In this document: positions 59,508-64,000 of the stretch, in pieces | How positions within the stretch are numbered: the first letter of the stretch is position 1 | How the letters are laid out: each line of letters begins with the position of its first letter | Assembly: GCA_041497195.1 (NCBI GenBank) | Contig: JBGQGB010000001.1 | Location: forward strand, 73,904 to 137,903 | Source: Candidatus Doudnabacteria bacterium | Lineage (GTDB): Bacteria; Patescibacteriota; Doudnabacteria; UBA920; 2-01-FULL-46-14 | Length of the DNA: 64,000 nucleotides | Reading direction: 5' to 3' | Program-made: the position numbers and the translations under genes | Notes under the pieces: generated by a model | Database searches by the model: none | What the model was told of the DNA's origin: nothing | What the model saw: only the letters and a program-made list of their open reading frames with translations

Positions 59508-60458
59508 TCAGGTAAACTTGCTTACGATATCATTGAGCTCTTCATCCGAGTAAAATTCGATGGTGATTTTGCCGCCTTTGGCCCCTTTGTTGACTGCCAC
59601 ACGGGTGCCCAATTTATTGCGCAGGAGGTTTTCCAGTGATTCCAGAAACGGGTCGGGCGTGAACATCTCCTGGACTTTGATCTTGCGCTTTCTGATCTCG
59701 CGGACTTTTGACTCGATATCACGCACTTTCATCTGATCACGCACGACTATTTGAAACATTTGCAGCATTTCTTCGTTATCCCGCAGCGACAGCAAGGGCC
59801 GGGCTTGCCCTTCGGAAATCACTTCTTCGATAAGAGCGCGCTGAATCTCAACCGGCAGATTCAAAAGCCTGATGAGATTGCTGATCGTCGAATCGTGTTT
59901 ACCGACGCGCTGCGCAATTTGCTGGAGGCTGAGGCCAAACTCCTGCTGCAGCCGCTGGTAGGCGCGGGCCTCCTCAACGGGATTGAGATCTGCCCGCTGA
60001 ATGTTTTCGATGAGCGCCACCTCAAGCTTCGCTTCATCGGAGAGGCTGGCGTTGACAAATACTGGCACGCGGCTGAGGCCAGCCAGCCTGGCAGCGCGAA
60101 AACGCCGCTCGCCCACGACGATTTCGTATCTGCCGTCTGTGCGCTTGACCACCACGAGCGGCTGAATGATACCGTGTGCTCTGATGGACTCAGCAAGTTC
60201 GTGAAGTTTTTCTTCGTTGAAAATCCGACGCGGCTGAAATTCATTGGGAACAATTTGTTCCAATTCGATTTCCAGAAACGGCTGCCCAGCGCTGGTATGG
60301 AATTTGGGCTGCGGGTCAGACGCTACGTTTGGGCGCTTCATGATCGGTTGCCCGGCGCTCTGGGCTTTCGTCGGTGCTCCTGCCAAATCATCCAAATCAT
60401 CCAGTCCATCTGAATTTTCCATCCCGCCAAAATTGCCCAGTCGAAATGAATCGTCCAT
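59508..60458 (-). CDS. parB: ParB-family partition protein
   Basis: GIIQPLVVVKRTDGRYEIVVGERRFRAARLAGL ParB box, HTH region. No adjacent parA. Confidence 0.85.
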   Translation of the reverse strand: MDDSFRLGNFGGMENSDGLDDLDDLAGAPTKAQSAGQPIMKRPNVASDPQPKFHTSAGQPFLEIELEQIVPNEFQPRRIFNEEKLHELAESIRAHGIIQPLVVVKRTDGRYEIVVGERRFRAARLAGLSRVPVFVNASLSDEAKLEVALIENIQRADLNPVEEARAYQRLQQEFGLSLQQIAQRVGKHDSTISNLIRLLNLPVEIQRALIEEVISEGQARPLLSLRDNEEMLQMFQIVVRDQMKVRDIESKVREIRKRKIKVQEMFTPDPFLESLENLLRNKLGTRVAVNKGAKGGKITIEFYSDEELNDIVSKFT

Positions 60459-60512
60459 ATCTAAAAAAATTATCTCTCTGCCTGCAATCTAGCAGAATAA
60501 ACTCCCTGGGGC

Positions 60513-60546
60513 AAGCAAAAGTCCCGCAAAACTGCGGGACTTTTTT
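60513..60546 (-). terminator. Intrinsic terminator after the sigma/anti-sigma operon
   Basis: GTCCCGC-aaaact-GCGGGAC hairpin (60521-60540) with flanking A and T runs. Confidence 0.55.
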
Positions 60547-60566
60547 CTAAAAACTTTTTCTCTCGG

Positions 60567-61730
60567 TCATTTCGACTCTACCTCGGGCTTTTCGTGCAAA
60601 ATGGTCGAGGACGGGGTCGAGGTGGGAAAAACGTTGAGTCTCAGACCAAAATCCTCTTTGCTTCCGCCCGAGCCTTGAGATTGATCCCCTGAATGGGTTT
60701 GCCCCTTGTTTTCCTGCTGCTGGTCATTTACTGACGGGTTGTCATCCTGGAACTTAAGATTCAATCTGAACCGAAAACCCGCCCCCAAAACCAGCTTGAG
60801 CCGCCGTACTATCCGCTCCGACTGCTGAAATTTGGCAAAAGCGGCCCCATAATCTTTGGCAAAGAGTTTTGCGCTCCCATCCGCGTATGCTTTGGCAGCT
60901 TGATCGAGTTGGGCTTGGCCCTGCGTGCTGACATCTGTAGTGAGACTGCCCTTCACGCTGTCAAAATAAGCCCGGGCTTTCGCGATCGCATCAGCGGCTT
61001 CGCTCGAGCTAGCTTGGACGGATTGCTCAACATTCGTTTGGGCGGAAACTTTTGCTTCGTCCTCGGCTCTGACAGATGCAGTACTCTCTCGATCGACTTT
61101 CACTTTGCCCAAGAGCTGAGTGATTTGATTGTCTTCGTTCTGGTCATTCTGCTCCAGGCCAGCCAAAATTTGTTCATGCGCGCTCAACGAGGCTTCGAAA
61201 GTGGAGCCCAAATCCGCTGCGGCCTGGGTATCTCCCTGCGCCTGGAGTGCGGTGACCCTGTCCTTGACGTGTTGAGCGTGCTTGTGAAAATTTGCTTCCA
61301 CTTCCCCGCGGACTGTTGAGTTGAGCTTGCCCTCGGCAGAGAGTTGTTCCGCCTCATCCAGCCGTTTCTGCGCTAGCGCCATCTGCAAATCGGCACTTGA
61401 CTGGGGAGAAAAAGTCAGAGCCTCTTGAACGCCTTCATTGACCTGCAGCTTCACGGGATAGAGAGTATCGCCGGGCAGAGATTTTTCAGCGGCTGCAGAA
61501 AGGGATCCGCCGAGGATTAAAACCCCCGCCAAAACGATTGGTACAGGTTTCCGCATAAAACTCAAAAAAGAAAATGCTAGCCGTTGCTGCGGGAACGCCT
61601 CTACTTCAGGGCTTTTCACTGGATGAGTTTTGATGAAATGCAAAATCTGCTCGCGCATCCGGGCACGTTCATCCGGGCGCAAGGAAATTTTTCTGGCTTG
61701 TTCAAATATTTTTTCAAACTGCTCGCTCAT
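60567..61730 (-). CDS. Putative anti-sigma factor: cytoplasmic N-terminus, single TM helix, Ala/Gln/Glu-rich extracytoplasmic domain
   Basis: Its start overlaps the ECF sigma stop in an ATGA arrangement. TM helix PVPIVLAGVLILGGSLSAAA around residues 60-80. DUF5667-like composition. Confidence 0.5.
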   Translation of the reverse strand: MSEQFEKIFEQARKISLRPDERARMREQILHFIKTHPVKSPEVEAFPQQRLAFSFLSFMRKPVPIVLAGVLILGGSLSAAAEKSLPGDTLYPVKLQVNEGVQEALTFSPQSSADLQMALAQKRLDEAEQLSAEGKLNSTVRGEVEANFHKHAQHVKDRVTALQAQGDTQAAADLGSTFEASLSAHEQILAGLEQNDQNEDNQITQLLGKVKVDRESTASVRAEDEAKVSAQTNVEQSVQASSSEAADAIAKARAYFDSVKGSLTTDVSTQGQAQLDQAAKAYADGSAKLFAKDYGAAFAKFQQSERIVRRLKLVLGAGFRFRLNLKFQDDNPSVNDQQQENKGQTHSGDQSQGSGGSKEDFGLRLNVFPTSTPSSTILHEKPEVESK

Positions 61731-62218
61731 GATCTCGAAATTAATTCACGCAATTGCTGAACGGCTCGGTGTAAACGCACGGAAATGACGTTTTCCGATT
61801 CTCCCAACATATCTGCTATTTCTTTTGGCCCCAAGCCATCGATGTACCGCATCACCACGACCAGCTGACTTTCGGGCTTCAATTCCACCAAAACCCGCAG
61901 AACCAGTTTGGCGTCCACTGCGCTCTCCATCTCGGGCCTCGGATCCAAAGACGGGTCAAACCCGCTTTCGGCCAGCTCCTCGAGCGATACGGTCCGTCTT
62001 TTCCTGGAGTTATCAATGATCAGATTGTTGGCCACGCGGTACAAAAAAGCACGAATATTGTCTATTTGCCGCCCCTCCGCAGCATACTCCCAAGTCTTCA
62101 TGAAAGCCTGCTGGGTAAGATCCAGCGCAAGCTCGCGCTCGAAGACTCGGTAAAAACAATGCCGGAAAATCGCATCGGAAAAACGCTCATAGGCCTCGGT
62201 AAATTCAGCTTCGGTCAT
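61727..62218 (-). CDS. ECF-type RNA polymerase sigma-70 factor
   Basis: Region 2 (FMKTWEYAA, YLYRVANNLIID) and region 4 (LVVVMRYIDGLGPKEIADMLGESENVISVRLHRAVQQLR), 163 aa. Confidence 0.85.
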   Translation of the reverse strand: MTEAEFTEAYERFSDAIFRHCFYRVFERELALDLTQQAFMKTWEYAAEGRQIDNIRAFLYRVANNLIIDNSRKRRTVSLEELAESGFDPSLDPRPEMESAVDAKLVLRVLVELKPESQLVVVMRYIDGLGPKEIADMLGESENVISVRLHRAVQQLRELISRS

Positions 62219-62337
62219 TTGGGTTTTTCACTATGATATGACGCCACAGTTCCGGCAATCTTACAACACGGCAAGCTCCTTTCGGGAGCTTGCGAAACGC
62301 GCTCATGAAGAGAGAGCTGCTCAACATTTCGTCAGGA

Positions 62338-62754
62338 TTAACCAAACAAACCTTTGTCCAAAAGCTCTTTGAAATAAATGTCCAATTTATCTAAAGTCTT
62401 TAACTCTTCAAGGGAAAACCATTTATAAGCGATGTGATCCGCGTCCAGGCGAGGCTCCCCTTCGATACTTGCAGTATAAGTCAAACGCACGACATGCTTT
62501 TCCGAAAGTCTCATAATATCCTGAGCGGCGACCAGCCGTGGTTCTTCTTTCAACTCTAACTGGGTTTCTTCCATAATCTCGCGTTTCAGATTCTCCACAA
62601 GGGTGAATTTGACGTCAATCCTACCGCCAACAATATCCCAGACGTCACCAAATTTCCAAACCTCAGGATATTTCTCTGGCGAGCGCTGCAACAATAAATA
62701 TTTCCCTTCCCGGTTTTGAAGCAGTACCTTGACTCCGACTTGTAATTCAATCAT
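62338..62754 (-). CDS. NUDIX hydrolase
   Basis: Nudix box GGRIDVKFTLVENLKREIMEETQLEL (Gx5Ex7REUxEExGU). Confidence 0.8.
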   Translation of the reverse strand: MIELQVGVKVLLQNREGKYLLLQRSPEKYPEVWKFGDVWDIVGGRIDVKFTLVENLKREIMEETQLELKEEPRLVAAQDIMRLSEKHVVRLTYTASIEGEPRLDADHIAYKWFSLEELKTLDKLDIYFKELLDKGLFG

Positions 62755-62889
62755 ACAATCAATCTATCAAACTCTGCTGACATTATCAACCTGATGAAAT
62801 CCTTCCAAGCCTTGGCGCAGAAAGACAAAAAAACAAGGGCGTTCGTGCCTCCAAACGAACGCCCCAATGTAGATTTGCCTGCGACCAGC

Positions 62890-63978
62890 CTAGTGGCCGA
62901 AAAAGCCGCGTACAACTCGGTCTGGGCCGGCAATCAAAGCAATGCCTTCCTGCTCGCAGAACGAGACGATCTCGTTCCAGATGGACTCGCGCGGACTTCT
63001 GGAAGTGAAAATAACTTTTACCCGCATTGCGTGCAGCTGCGCAACTGCGTCCAGAAACGGAAAGAACGAATCACTGTATGCCACCGCGCCGTCCAACTGC
63101 TCAGAATCAACTGTCCTTGCTTCTGCCAGCTGAGCGGCTCCAATACGGGATTGCTGCCCGACTGCATTAGCCAAGGTCCTCCCATCTTTGGCTACCGTAA
63201 TGGTGTTGCTGTTGCTAGTCGAGCCAACTGCCCAGGCCAACACTATATCACGAAGAACCTGCTCGGTCGGCTTTGGCCCGTACCACTCGAGCTGCTCGAC
63301 TATCAAGTCAAGCACAAAATCATACGGCCCTTGCTTGAGTCCCCCGCCCCTGACCGGCCGAAGCTGTAGAGATCTGTCGAGTGAATCCATCCCGAGATTG
63401 CCGATGGCTTTGTTGACGAAAACACGACAACGATTGTCTTTTCGCTCAAGTACCTTGAGCGCTTCGGGCGTGACTGCTGGCGCAATTACCACATCGAGAA
63501 TCCGCGGCACCGTACCCTCAACTTCGTAACGGCGCAGGATTTCTGCGGTCTTGGCATCGATCGGGAAATTGGTCATCACAAACCCGCCGAATAAATCCTG
63601 CGGGTGGCCTGACACCATCTCGCGGATGACTGTTTCAACGTCTTCCCCGACTGCTGCACCGCAAACATTTCCATGTTTAACCCCGACGCAAATGAGCGGA
63701 ACTGAACGGAAATTGAGTTCAAATCCAGCAGCGATATGCGTCACAGTCATCAGTAATCTGTCGAGGTCGGTTTCGTTGATGTAGCCTGGCTCCCCGCCAT
63801 CGATTTGCTCGAAGCGGGGCACTGCGAAGGGGTCCATGTCACCGAGAGTTCGATATAGCCGAGCGTCGCCCTGCCACCGATTTTCGCCATAGCCGAGAAC
63901 CTCAACGCGCTCTCCGACCCAGCCAGTATACTCGCCCCGACCTAAATATTCGGAAATGGCAATGTGGTAGTTAGCCAC
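62890..63978 (-). CDS. Stand-alone AICAR-transformylase (AICARFT) domain protein; no IMP-cyclohydrolase/MGS domain
   Basis: ICVGVKHGNVCGAA corresponds to the KHxNPCG motif, and the C-terminus AVAYSDSFFPFLDAV...VIFTSRSPRE...GPDRVVRGFFGH corresponds to the PurH tail SDAFFPF...GGS.RD...RHFRH. 362 aa. Confidence 0.65.
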   Translation of the reverse strand: MANYHIAISEYLGRGEYTGWVGERVEVLGYGENRWQGDARLYRTLGDMDPFAVPRFEQIDGGEPGYINETDLDRLLMTVTHIAAGFELNFRSVPLICVGVKHGNVCGAAVGEDVETVIREMVSGHPQDLFGGFVMTNFPIDAKTAEILRRYEVEGTVPRILDVVIAPAVTPEALKVLERKDNRCRVFVNKAIGNLGMDSLDRSLQLRPVRGGGLKQGPYDFVLDLIVEQLEWYGPKPTEQVLRDIVLAWAVGSTSNSNTITVAKDGRTLANAVGQQSRIGAAQLAEARTVDSEQLDGAVAYSDSFFPFLDAVAQLHAMRVKVIFTSRSPRESIWNEIVSFCEQEGIALIAGPDRVVRGFFGH

Positions 63979-64000
63979 ATGGGCTTGTGCTTTCGCGGCC

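Overview
This window is a gene-dense, roughly 50% GC bacterial segment with almost every gene on the minus strand. The gene content looks like a small-genome CPR/Patescibacteria-type organism: no L30 gene between rpsE and rplO, an archaeal/eukaryotic-type ProRS, an archaeal-type CMP kinase, a split transketolase, and many membrane-anchored hypothetical proteins. Order along the minus strand, from high to low coordinates:

- Right end: an AICAR-transformylase-domain protein, a NUDIX hydrolase, an ECF sigma / anti-sigma pair, parB, a highly structured 420-nt intergenic region, a GC-rich four-gene ORFan cassette, and two tRNAs (Pro-GGG and one atypical).
- Downstream of the tRNAs: two hypothetical proteins, the only plus-strand pair (rpmB and an EEP-family nuclease), an M50 protease, a very AT-rich isochorismatase gene that looks horizontally acquired, and an ICMT-family methyltransferase.
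- Centre: an essentially complete str/S10/spc ribosomal superoperon, rpsL-rpsG-fusA-[Phd/YefM-like ORF]-tuf-rpsJ...rplO-secY-adk-cmk-map.
- After map: a NYN-domain gene inserted at the 3' end of map, beside a fossil copy of the map C-terminus and a consensus sigma70 promoter driving a short antisense transcript. I consider this the most interesting locus in the window.
- Then regulators and secreted ORFans, a TMEM175-like channel, YtxH/DUF948, htrA, ruvX, and a sugar-phosphate block (galT-tpiA-rpiB-rpe-tktN-[3 inserted genes]-tktC-pfkB kinase-gap-pgk-gpmI).
- Left end: recJ, rnhA, membrane proteins, a PEGA protein on the plus strand, murA, mreB, a GT4 + PIG-L deacetylase + ABC-2 exporter module, holB, a BNR-repeat protein, frr, rseP and a partial proS.

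I found no rRNA, no CRISPR array and no intact transposase or integrase.
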